Source of the DNA: Eledone cirrhosa
Lineage: Eukaryota
DNA length: 64,000 bases
Assembly (NCBI GenBank): GCA_964016885.1
Contig: OZ024741.1
Location: forward strand, 312,914,001 to 312,978,000
Direction: 5' to 3'
Part shown: piece by piece, positions 12,741 to 24,782 of the stretch
How positions within the stretch are numbered: position 1 is the first letter of the stretch
How the letters are laid out: the number at the start of each line of letters is the position of its first letter
The notes under the pieces: model-generated
Told to the model about the DNA's origin: nothing
What the model saw: only the letters and a program-made list of their open reading frames with translations
The model's database searches: none
Position numbers and translations under genes: made by a program

Positions 12741-12865
12741 GAGTCATGTTTTTTCACACGGGCAACTATACGTTGGCTGCTCAAGAGTGGGAAGCAAAAC
12801 AAATCTCTCTGCACATGCCCGACACTGAAGAACAAGGAACATTGTGTATAAGGAGGTGCTACAAT
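12741..12865 (+). mobile_element. Helitron RepHel (PIF1-like helicase) C-terminal fragment within the insertion
   Basis: CF/SHGQLYVGCSRVGSKTNL...TRNIVYKEVLQ, with one frameshift and one stop; FSHGQLYV..SRV and T.NIVY.EVL form the known Helitron helicase end. Confidence 0.8.
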
Positions 12866-15259
12866 CAGTGTTATGGTAGACGAGGCAGATGGGGATATAC
12901 ACGATTGGCTGAAGAAGGACGAGACTGTGTTAGTAGTACGACCAATAGCAGCAAAAACAACAACAAAAGAGAGATAGAAAGCAATTACATGCTTTTGAAA
13001 AATCTTAATGGAAAATTGTTTGCCTAAGCACAAAATGTAGACACCATCCTCAGACTGAGGTATTCCATACTTCTCTGTACTGTTTCAGAAAGGAGGGATA
13101 AACATCTAATTTTCTAACTAGTTCTCCCTCTGCTCTATTTTTCTCTATTGCTAAAGTCTTACTAAACCTAATGGACTCTATTCTAATTGCTCTTTTCAGA
13201 GCAAACCACCACTTGTTGTTGACGATGGCCCCCGTCAACGCCCGCTTAACTAGTTCGCTAATCCGGTCTCTGTAGGCCTTGCGCGCTGGTAAGGACGCGT
13301 TTAGCTTCCAGTAGCCGGGTCCTCGCCTATGAAGCCTATCTAAGTCAAGCACACAGATCACGAATTTGTGGTCCGTGTAGCTGACTATCTTGAATTGTGG
13401 ACAGCCTATGCTAGACCTATCTATTTCCGTACAAAATACTCTATCTAGATATGACCTGGATGACCCTATGTGATTTGTCCAAGTCCACATTGGTACATTC
13501 GGGAAATCCATTCGGTACCTGTCAGACATTTCAAAACGTCTGAGCAGGTTGGTGAGACTCTTGCACCCTCCTTCCCTATCCACTAATCCCACACAATCCC
13601 AGCGTGCATCTAAGATCCCGTTCCAGTCGCCCACTAACACTAAAGAGCGGGACGTTCCAAGAAAGGTCTCCAGACGCCGGAAGAAATCAGGCCGCTATGC
13701 TCCTATCGGGGCATAGACGGCCACTAACCTGAAAGCTTGCCCATCTCCGCTGGTCACGTCCAGCACCACCAACTTACCTTCTGGGTCCAGGAAGATGGCC
13801 CGTATGGCAAGATCCAAACCTCTCCGAAAAAGCACAGCAACTCCTCCCCCCGATCCCGGACGGCTGAGAGATGCGTACACATCGTAGCCGCCGAAGATCG
13901 GTGCGAAAGCCTGTGCTTCGAAGATTCTGGTCTCGCTGATGGCCACTACATCTATGTTTAGTGAGCTGAGGTCGTTGAGCAGGGGGCCCTGCTTCCATGA
14001 CGACCCCAAGCCACGCGCATTTATGCTGCCTATTCTGAGTGAGGTCATGTTGAAAAGGAGTGGAAAAGATGGGAAAGACCAATTACCTTACTTCTCGTAG
14101 GGGAAGGACGGCTTTTCCATCCTTTTCACTGCCTGTGGCCTCCTCAGGAAGGATGTCCTTATAAATCCTCCTGGAGAGTGCTTGTCGGAAGTCTCCGATG
14201 TCTTTGGGGAATTTTTGTTTTAGTGTCATGTACGTTTTCTGTGTGATGCGAGTGATTTGTATGTGTGGAGGTGGTGTGAATTTTGGGGTTGTTGTGTAGT
14301 CTTTTTCTGTGATGCTGGTGTTGTGTTGGATGTAGTGTAATAATTGCTTGTTGTTCAAATTTAATGCTGTGTAGTGTGTATCGTTTTGGTTGTTTTGTTT
14401 TGTTTGCGTTTGTTGTGGGTTTGTTTCTGTTTTGCATTTTGGTGACTTTTGTGGTGTAGGTGATGGTGGTGTTGGAGTTAATGATGGTGATGGTGTTGGT
14501 GTTTGGGTTGATGGGGTTGGTGATGCTGGTGTGGATGGTGGCATATCTGTCCTAACTTTTTTGTTTCTTAGTTTATTTGTTTCCCTCTGTATTTTGTTTC
14601 TGGAGGGGGAAGGATGAGAATTTTTTCTTTTTTGGTTTCTATTTTTTTTTCCGGATATCGTTTCCCACTCCTCGTCGTCACAATCTGTCTCAAGTTGTGA
14701 TAGGCCGGGGAGTGGAAAATCCTCCACAGCCGTTAGTTTTGGTTGTGGTGCGGTGGATGGTGTAGGCGCTGGTGCTAGTTCTGAAGGGTTGGGTGGTGGT
14801 GGTGTTGGTTTTGCTGGTGGTGGTATTGGTGTTGGTTTTGCTACTGTTGCTGTGGTTGTTGCTGTTATAGTTGCTTCTGTTGTTGCTGCTACAGTTGTTG
14901 CTGCCATCTCTGCTACTGGTGGTGTTGATGGTTGTGTCACTGGGGTGGGTAGGAGAGGTGGCCTCAACCTTTTAGCCTGAGGGCAGAAAGCCCTTAGGTG
15001 GGTTCCTTCACCACAAACGACACACCTAGGTCTTCTGCCCTCGACAATTACCGTGAGGTGGCTGCCGTCAGTGAGGTCTATTACCTCTGGGATCTCCTCA
15101 ATGCTTTTTTGGTCCGCTTGGATCAGGAGCTCCATCCCAGATCCGGACCAGTTTTCCTGCTTTTCTTTTGCTATTGCTATTATTTTCGTGTTGGCTTCGA
15201 TGCCGGCGAGGACAGCCGCTATTAGCCAGGGAATTTCGATGGCCAATAATAATAATAAT

Positions 15260-15553
15260 AAAACCAGTGGTTGTAGGCGCTCTGGGAATGATACCTAAGG
15301 GGTCTAATGATTGCTTATCGCAAATCACAGGAAACCCGCGTATAGGAGAAATACAAAAGATAGTACTAATGGGAACTGCCCATATACTAAGGAAGATTCT
15401 GTCAATATAAGTACATCACAAGTCTAAACACTAAAGATGCATGTGTGAGTATGTATGTTCTTTCTTGAAAATGGCGGACCTTGTTGTCTCTTGAGGTCAC
15501 TGGTTGTGACTTGGTGATAACTCGTATGAACATAAAGCAAGATAAATGCAACT

Positions 15554-15556
<3 letters not shown>
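15260..15556 (+). mobile_element. 3' end of a second R4/Dong-like family
   Basis: PVVVGALGMIPK...EIQKIVLMGTAHILRKILSI* plus a 3' UTR; (AAT)n on both sides. Confidence 0.85.
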
Positions 15557-15590
<34 letters not shown>

Positions 15591-15591
<1 letters not shown>

Positions 15592-15757
15592 TGTTTCTAC
15601 TTTAGGCACAAGGCCAGCAATTACCCACTGCATTACTGGTACTTTATTTTATCGACCCCGTAAGGATGAAAGGCAAAGTCAACCTCGTAAAGGGACGTAA
15701 CTATACCGGAAAGCATGGCGTCCGACCCTCTACCGATACTGCCAATCCACAGCCCTC
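15591..15757 (-). mobile_element. SINE, Nin/Deu-like family, with (ATT)n tail
   Basis: Reverse complement of the SINE consensus, with an internal deletion near the B box; (AAT)n on both sides on the + strand. Confidence 0.85.
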
Positions 15758-15775
15758 TAATAATAATAATAATAA

Positions 15776-17572
15776 TGAGAAATGACATTGGAAAGCTTGA
15801 GTCCCTACTGAATGGGACACTAAAAAACATAGGCACTAAAAATAGACTGGAAATAAATTACAAAACTAGGAGGAAAAAGCTAAATATTATCATAGAGGAA
15901 CTGAAGCAACGCATTGTAGCAAAGATTGCAAAAATCAGGCGATACGAGAACAGGGTCAGCCAGTATAGACAGAACCGTATGTTCGACAACAATCAGAAGA
16001 TGCTGTTTGGACAGCTTGAAGGGAAAGAAAGAGACAACGACTTGATCCCTGAGGCGGAACAAACTAAAACATTTTGGAGAGGAATATGAGAGCAGGATGT
16101 TAAACATAATGACCAGGCAGTGTAGATTGAGACAGTACAGAAGGAGATCAGTGAACAGGCACGCCAACAAACTGATTTGAGTATCACAGTTGAAAGGGGC
16201 AGGCCAAAAAACTAACCAACTGGAAATCACCTGGCCCAGATGGTGTGCAGGGGTATTGGATTAAAAACATAACATCCCTCCACACGAAACTGACAACCAT
16301 GTTCAATGACTGCTTGATGTCAGGTGAGGTACCAGAGTGGTTGACAAAAGGTACCACAGTTCTGATAATGAAAGACCGAATCACGGGTAATGATGTTACC
16401 AACTATAGACCTATCACATGTCAGTCCGTAATGTGGAAGACTAGGAAGCTATTGATTATCTACAATATGTTCCACAAGAGGATTGATGTCGATAGACTCT
16501 ACTTAAGGAGATCTGAGGGTGAAAGAGGTCTTATCAGCATAGAGGTCTGTGTTCAGATGGAGAAAAACAACCTACACAAATACGTGACTGATAGTAAGGA
16601 GCCAATGCTCAGAACTGTACTGAAGGAGGGGACAATAGGCCAGGGGATGTCCAAGGAGGAAATAACATCAAGGAGAAAGAGCAGCCTTCAGGAAAAATCC
16701 CTTTATAGTACGTTCTTTGAGAAAACTGAATTTAGATATCCACAGACATGGAACTGGTTGAAAAGAGGAGACCTTAAAAAGGCTACAGAAGGAATGTTAA
16801 TGGCAGCGCAGGAGCAGGCCTTCAAAACGAAGTGGTTCAAACACCACATTTACAAGGAGGAGGCTAGCCCACTGTGCAGGATCTGTGGAGAGAGAGAGGA
16901 GACTGTGGCTCACATTGTATCCGAGTGTAAACACCTAGCCCAGACTCACTATAAGGGCTGGAAACATGATATGATGGGCAGGGTGATCCACTGGCAACTA
17001 TGCAAAGTAAACAAATTACCACATTCTGAGAAGTGGTATGAGCATAAGCTAGAGTCGGTGATAGAAAACGATCAGATGATGGTGCTGTGGGATTTTAGGA
17101 TACAGACGGACAAGAAACTGGAACACAATAGACCTGACCTGGTGGTTTGGGACAAATAAAAAAATATCGTGCCTGATTGTGGATGTGGCCTGCCCATTCG
17201 ACACGAGAGTGCAAGAGAAGGAGAGGGAGAAAATTAACCGATACCAGGAATTAAAGTGGGAAGTATAAAGGATTTGGAACTGCCATGAAGTCAAAGTGAT
17301 CCCGATTGTCATAGGCGCACTAGGTGCTATCTCAAAATGTTTCCAGGAACGTTTAAAGAAAATAGGCGCACTAGGGACTCTCTCCAAAAGTTTCCAGGGA
17401 TGGTTAAAGAAAATTGGTCCCTTCACGCTTTTTGGAACGCTTCAACAGGCATGCTTGCTGGGAACAGCAAGAACCCTCCGATACGTCCTGAATATCTGAG
17501 GCTGCCGGTAGTGGCTTGCTATTCATATCAACAAACTTTCCAGTTAACTAACATCAATGACTGAGACTCAAA
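15776..17572 (+). mobile_element. R4/Dong-clade element, 5'-truncated, RT core internally deleted
   Basis: QNRMFDNNQK, WKSPGPDGVQGYWIK, YRPITCQSVMWK joined directly to TRKLL, CRICGEREETVAHIVSEC, HNRPDL; highly similar to 57015-59620; (AAT)n on both sides. Confidence 0.92.
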
Positions 17573-17608
17573 GAATAATAACAATAATGATAATAATAAT
17601 AATAATAA

Positions 17609-18150
17609 TGCTTTCTTTATTAACCACAAAGGTTTACATAAAGTAGACATTAAGGACAGTACAGGACAATACAGGACGGTACAAATGGGTATTTCTGCGT
17701 GTAAAAAAAACAAAAACAGAGGATGTAACAAAAAAATAACAATGAAAAATTGCCCTGATTAACTTTTCCAAATTTCATTTGAAAAGGAAAATCAGGGTAG
17801 AGAGGGAAATGCTCTCTTCCCAGCATTTTGTTGAAAGATGGGTGAGAGAAGCAAATATGGCCCGAGTGAATGGGCCTACTCTGAGTATGTGTCTGTAAAT
17901 TAAAGGTGGAAAACTGGGATAGGGATCTTGCCCTGGTGGTCAGGATCACTGTGGCTTTTAATGGGCTTTCTCCACAAATGTCCCTCGGAAGTCTGCCCCC
18001 TATTGGGGAATTATTTCATTGTTATTTTATTGTTACATCCACTGTTTTTGTTTTTTACACGCAGAAATGCCCATTTGTACCCTCCTGTATTGTCCTGTAC
18101 TGTCCTTAATGTCTACTTCATGTAAACCGTTGTGATTAATAAAGAAAGCA
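17609..18150. mobile_element. Tx1 3'-end fragments arranged head-to-head (17609-17750 minus, 17751-18150 plus)
   Basis: 17751-17897 encodes ALINF.KFHLKRKIRVERE.LSSQHFVERWVRE...LSMCL*; 17609-17750 is the reverse complement of about 18010-18150. Confidence 0.88.
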
Positions 18151-18159
18151 TTATATATT

Positions 18160-21100
18160 ATTGGTCTAAGCGGACGTATTTTGCTTGCTCACAGTAAGTC
18201 GCTTTATTTGCCTTTTAAAATTATTTGTTGTTAAATATTTCTTGTTGTGTAAGCGATATAAACACTTAGACTTTGCCCCATGAAGGGGAAAGTATAATAT
18301 TTGGGCCTTTTGGCCCAAATATTTGAACTTTTTTTACATGATTAAATATTTACGAAGAAAAAAGACATGGCTGAGCCACGCCCCCCCCCCCCCGCCCAGC
18401 GATATGTCGGCTGTCGTGCGACAACGACGTAGAAGTTGAGAGGAGCGCTACAGCCAAATTAACACACATTGGTAACACAAACACCACCACAAACAAGGTA
18501 AACAAAGACACCAATGATACCAATGATAACTCAAATTTTGAAATAAATGACAGTAACAGCGACAACGAAAATACAGATAACAAAAAAAACAAAACAAATA
18601 CAACAATATCAACACCACTAACATGAAAACAAATAGCGACAACACCAACAGCAACAATACCAACTGCATTGAGAACAACGGTGGCAACAAAGACAACAAT
18701 GATAACAGCGACAGTGCTAACAACAACACCAACAAGAACAACGACAACAACACCCACAACGAAAACAAGAAGAACACTTTCGCTGCGGCAGCAGCCAAAA
18801 AGAGGCCATGCTTCAACATGGACCTCTCAAACAAAGATGAAAAGTTGGCCCAGGCATGGAAGCTCATCAAGCAAGAGCAAACCTGGGCCAACTTAACTGT
18901 CCCGGTAGAAGCTATTGGGGCAGTGGAGCGCAGAACGGTGCATTATACATGCATCTCAGCACAAACCAAAAGGGCAGCTTTAATCCCACAAGATGTCGAA
19001 TTCGTGCTGAGGTGCATCAGAGCAGACACCCAGTACATAGAGAGGGGCAGACAATACGGCACCATTTTGGTGTTGTTCAAGTCAGAAGACCTCGCTATGA
19101 AACACGCTATGACTCCTTGCAAAACCAGCAAGGTCATAATGTACCCCTCCCACATGGGAACAAGAACGGCCCGTCTCCGCATTCCCAGATTCCCACCCGC
19201 ACTTGACATGTCGTGACGTCTGGGATGTGTGATTGTGGAGTGGACGGATACCGTCCCTATAGAAGTGACCAGAACGGCCAGATAGGACTGGTCCGGGGTT
19301 GACCTGGAGATCCTTCTCCAGATCAGGCCCGAGAATGTGAAGACAATCCCGGACTATATCCGCCTTCAGAATGGGACTGTCATTCACATTATGACCGAAG
19401 GCAATAGGCCGCAGTGTTTTTTTGTGGGGAAAAAACCCATTTGCGAGCTTTCTGCTTTCAACTACTGAAAAAGGCAAGGGGTCGAAAGGCTCCACTGCTG
19501 CCGACTCTGGGGCGAGGACCACAACCAACACCAGCACCGGCAAAACCACCAACAACAACACCAATAGAAAGACAACCACCAACATTGACCACCCAGGGGG
19601 AAAACGAGGAAAGCTGTCAAATTCCCCCTCCCCCCCAAAATACACACACCATTAAAACCATAAACATATTTACAGACACACTTACAGACACAGACCCCTC
19701 ATCTACCAGTAGTGAAGATGAAGGAAAACCAAAATCCCCATAATACAAAAAAGGAAACACAAAAAGAAAAAAAAAACTCATCAAAGCACAAAATCACCCA
19801 CAATAGAAAACGCAGACACCACCCACGCAAACATCTCTCCAATAACACCAACCTCAACACCACCATCACCATCACCAGAATCCCCCAAACGCAAACAACC
19901 TAAACAGACGCAAGAACAAATATACACACAAACATCTGAAACCACAGACAACGCACTCACAACAAACACAGATACAACCGAAACAACACCACCAAACCCA
20001 TCACCACCACAGCCACGCAAAGAAATAAAATTACACCAACAAAACATACAAAACTTCGTGCTCGTCAGGAGGGCCAACAAGGAACTGATGGCCCTCGTAG
20101 CACGAAGTGAAAATATACAAAAAGAGGGGGAAATTTTTAAATCGAGCACATTTCGCGTGCCGGAAGATTTGGTTCTGGTCCGAATGTCGCTCGATATATT
20201 CAAAGAAATACGAGACAGCTTTCCTCAGGACGTGGGAACCCCGAACGTAAAACCCTCTTCAAGACTTTTAAAGGGGTTCCCAAAAGAAACCCCACCAACT
20301 ATGGAGGTCGAACAACCCGACTTTCACAAGAGCCCGAAAGGTAAGTAAACCTTCCTCTCTCTCTTTTTAACCTGCCAACATGACCGTATTAAGAGTAGGA
20401 TTTTTAAATGTTCGAGGCCTAGGATCGTCCTGGAAGCAGGGTCACCTGCTCATGATCTCAGGTCTATAGAAATGGATGTAATTGACGTCAGCGAGACCAG
20501 GATTTCCGACACGCGCGCACTAGCCCCCATTTTAGACGACTATCAGATCTTTGCATCTGTTATCCGGCCGGGAATGGGAGGCGAGGTGGCAGTGCTGTTT
20601 AGGAAAGGCCTGGATCTCGAGGTAAGATCGATCTTCCGGGAACCGGACAGGAAGTTGGTCCTGGACGTGAACAATAACGAAGGTGGTGCCTTTAGACTGG
20701 TGGCCGTCTATGCTCCTACTGGGGCAGCACGGCCGGACTTCTTTAGACGCCTGGAAGCCTTTCTGGGCACGTCTCGCCCTTTACTGTTAGCGGGGGACTG
20801 GAACGGCATCTTAGACGTACGCTGGGACTGTGTGGGAGTATCCGATAGGATCGGGGGATGCAAAAGCCTCAAGCACCTGATCAGCCAGTTCCAACTGACT
20901 GATAGGTACCGACTAGATTTCCTTAATGCGCCAGTGTGGACTTGGGCTAACCACATAGGGTCATCTAGATCGTATATAAACAGGATATTCATTAGGAAAA
21001 TAGACAGAAATAGTGTAATCTGTCCCCGTTTTGAAACGGTCGCCTATTCAGATCACAAGTTTGTGATCTATATGGTAGACCTAGATAAGACGCGTAGGTT

Positions 21101-23370
21101 AGGACCTGGTTACTGGATGCTAAACATGTCATTTCCGGCACGTAAGGCTTACAGGTCAACAATTTAGTTAAGAAAAAGTTGACAGGGGGAGTCGTCAACA
21201 ATAGATGGTGGGGGGCTCTCAAAAGAGAGATTAGAGTATGTCGATAGAGTTTAGCAAAGAAGTAGAGTTAGAGAATAGAAAGGAGGAGGAGTTGGTAGAT
21301 AAGTTAGACGAGGCTATTGGTAGTGGCATTGCAACTGTCGTGCAAGCGGCGAGAATGGCATTAGACCATTTCTTCAATGCGAAACACGAAGGTTGCATTG
21401 TCAGAGCTAATGCGCGTGCTCTGAGAAACGAGGGAACCAAAGCTGTTCGATGGGCCCGCGTGGAAGAGGCGCAGCGTAGTAATAAAACCACGATTCGGTC
21501 TTTGACGGACCGAGACGGACACGAGTTTAGCGATTCCAAGAGGATGTGTGAGGCCTTTCGCCAACATTTTGCTCGTTTGTTCGGGGGAAGTGGCGGTTTA
21601 GAGATGGTGGCGGACTTCAGGCCCTACCTCGATGGCTTGCCGCAACTCTCGACGGCTGACGCTGGGCGCTGCGAAAGGCCAATTCCTTCAGCCGAGATTC
21701 AGGATGCCCTTGTTGGCTGCAAGAGCCGCAAGTCACCCGGTGTGGATGGTCTTCCCGACTTGATATGGAAGACTTGTTCTCCAATCTCCTCGAAGCCCTC
21801 AACTGCAACTGGCAGCAAAACGGGAGTATTCCCAGTTCTGTGAGCCGGGGCGCAGTGACGCTGATAAGGAAAGATGAGAACAAGAGGGACACATTAGACA
21901 ATTTCAGGCCCATAATACTGCTCAACACAGAGTTTAAAATTTTGGCCAGGGTGGTAGCGAAGAGGTTGGCGTTTGTCGTCGGGGATTCGGTTGGGCAGGC
22001 GCAAACTTGCGCAATCCCAACCAGGTCCATATACGACAACCACCACCTAATGCGATACATCACAGAGAGGGTAGGGTGTAAACCTGGCTTGGGTGGGGCT
22101 CTGATCAATTTCGATCAATCGAAAGCATTCGATAGGGTCGACCATCCGTACCTGGAGTCTGTCCTCAAGGCGGCTGGCTTTGGCCCCCTCTTCAGAAGCT
22201 GTATCGCTGCAATGCACAGCGGCACCTGCTCGATGGTCCAAATTAATGGCCACCTCTCGGAACCGTTTCAGGTCTCCCGATCGAAACGGCAAGGATGTCC
22301 TCATCCTCCCTTCTGTACGCATTGACTCTCGAGCCTTTACTGCGGAAGCTGGAGCAGTTGCAGGGCATCCCGCTCGAAACGGGACGCGGAAAGGCTGTGT
22401 CGGCTTATGCGGACGACATCACCGTGATGGTGTCGGACAGCTCAGAAATCGAAGTGGTCGGCAACTTATTGGAGGAATATGAAAGATTGACGGGAGCAAA
22501 ACTTAACCCGGAAAAGTCGGTGGACGTGTAACTCAGCACCTGCAGAGGCAAGTCCATGCCGTCCAATAGCGTCGTTGGGCGCTGGATGGACGGACCGGTA
22601 AAGTTGCTAGGGGTTTGGTTCGGGCCAGACCTCCAGGTGGATAGAATTGGGACGAGGTGACGGGCAGGGTAGCCAGTCTCACCCAGAAATGGGCTGGGTT
22701 GAAGCTATCACTGAAAGGTCGGGCGGAGGTGGCGAACGCGTACATCGCGTCCGTCATCTACTACCGTCTGACCGTCGTGCCTTGCCCCCGTGCGCGCCTC
22801 ACCATCTTGGAGCGACTCCTCTTCAAATTCTTGTGGAGGGGTCAGGTTCCGCTGGTGAGGCGGTCCATCTGCTGCCAGCACCCTCTATGTGGAGGGCTGG
22901 GCATGTCGTGGCTAATGATGCGCAGGCACGCGCTGAGCCTGCGGCATTTCCAGATATTCTGCCTAAACGGTGAACAGGTGTGGTTACCGTTTTTCAGACG
23001 AGCCTTTCCGCAGCTGGTTTCTTTAACTGAGCTACAGTCCTGGGTCAAGAAGAGACCGAGACTGGGTGACTGGCATCTGGAATATTGCCAGGCACTCACT
23101 GCCCACTACCAGGCGGGAAATGCGGTCAGTGGAACTTCCACTCTCGAGTTCTATAGAGGATTAGTGATGGGCAAGTGCGACGACGCACTCGGAGAGACTC
23201 TGGGAGTCAACGAAGTTGAACTAACCAGTCTGTACCGGAGGACTGTCGAGCCGGGGACGATGGATTATTTCCAAAAATCCCTCGCTTGGCAGTGCTACCG
23301 GGGGGCACTGCCGGTTCGAGATAAACTCTACAGGCAGGGAAGTGCTGTCAGATGGACCTGTCCGAGATGA
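18160..23370 (+). mobile_element. Tx1-clade L1 LINE (second family) with 5' UTR, ORF1 and ORF2; frameshifted, 3' end lost
   Basis: Asn/Thr-rich ORF1 from about 18368 with RGRQYGT and CFFCGEKTHLRAFC-type knuckle, stop at 20348. ORF2 ATG at 20380 with VSET, GDWN, SDH, GPGYW, KAFDRVDH and AYADD; breaks off after TCPR at 23370. Confidence 0.93.
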
Positions 23371-23519
23371 ATAAGTTAGATGAAAGTAAGAAAAAATAAT
23401 GAATTGAGGATGAATAATCTAACGTCAAAAAAATATTTATGTTTACGAAGGATTTTTTTCAAGGTATTATAAAGTAAGAATATATTGTACTGTGTAATAA
23501 TTGTTTCTATGTTAGGCAC

Positions 23520-23720
23520 AATGAGAAATGGTACAGATTAGGGGTCAGAAATTAAAAGAAAAAGGAAAAGAAAAGGAAAAGGAAGAAAGGGAAGTGATAT
23601 AGAATGAGTAACTAGTATTATATAATGTATAATAAATAACTTTGAAATAAGGTAGAAAGATGGGTATATTTTTAAAGAGGTATATATCAAAGTGCCTTTG
23701 AGAAAAGGATTTTAAATTGA
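23520..23720 (-). mobile_element. PLE 3' UTR remnant related to 4290-4540
   Basis: GAAATAAGGTAGAAAGATGGGTATATTT (23644) is the reverse complement of 4322-4349. Confidence 0.6.
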
Positions 23721-24099
23721 TAAATACTCCCTCCCCCCTCCACTTTTTACTCTCATCTCCGCCTCTTTTTCGTCCTGTCCACCCCCGCCCCTCAAAAAAT
23801 CTTTTTTCCCAATGTCACACATCAATCTAAAACTACTTTTCATATGTTGATTTAAAACTGCACTATTCACAAGTGTTTTTTAACCTTCATATCATGTCTT
23901 CCTATTTTATCTGATGAAAACACAAATGTTATTGGATGATGATATTTGTTTTTGAAATGCGCATAATAAAATACATGGAACTCTTTTAACCATCTTTTGA
24001 TATGATATATTATGTATACTCCAGTCCTACAAACTGTAGAGTGCTTCTTATCCGATATCTGCATTGCTTTATCGTACTACAATAAAACTCACCTCCTAC

Positions 24100-24302
<203 letters not shown>

Positions 24303-24304
24303 GT

Positions 24305-24706
24305 TAAAAGAATAGAGGTGTAACACAGAAGTTATTATATATTGGTAAACGGAATAGAAAATGCTGACAAATTGTTCACAGTTGAAAAATGGTTTAATTA
24401 GGAATAAAAGAGTATTAGTGATTGTATGGGTTAGTATTCAGTTGTGGTTTTACGTTTTTAAGTTTTTACCGGTTGCGCATTTGTAAATGCTTTTCAAAAA
24501 TAAGTTTGAGATAGAGTGTCGGTGCTGTTTGTTCTGATCTGATTAGTTTTGGGAATTCTACCTGTTTTTATGTTAAAAAAGTGGCTCCAGCAACAATTCT
24601 TGTGGTCAAAACAATTTTGATTGGTCGGTAGAGGTCATGTGAATAAAAAATTGGTTTTGCGCCAAGATTGAGAAATGACTCTTTCACAACAAATATGTGT
24701 GTGTGT

Positions 24707-24782
<76 letters not shown>

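Larger units (their letters stand above)
9689..15245 (-). mobile_element. Tx1-clade L1 LINE, 5'-truncated in ORF1; ORF2 (APE endonuclease, RT, Cys-rich end) broken by stops and a ~730-bp insertion
   Basis: ORF1 14083-15246 with CCHC knuckle CVVCGEGTHLRAFC. ORF2 starts at 14048 (MTSLRIGSINARGL; ISET; GDWN; SYLDR; TDH; GPGYWKLN), then KSPGLDGLP, DQSKAFDRVDH, RQGCPLS, AYADD and CPRC...ETVLHALVQC. AATAAA precedes the (ATT)n tail. Confidence 0.95.

Noticed and set aside
8060-18165. Repeat-spacer appearance reminiscent of a CRISPR or integron cassette array
   Set aside because: The repeats are simple (AAT)n tracts and the spacers are retroelements; eukaryotic context with no cas or integrase gene.
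23867-24095. [11 protein letters not shown]... and a nearby GTGAGT donor-like site
   Set aside because: No consistent acceptor/donor pair or recognisable domain.
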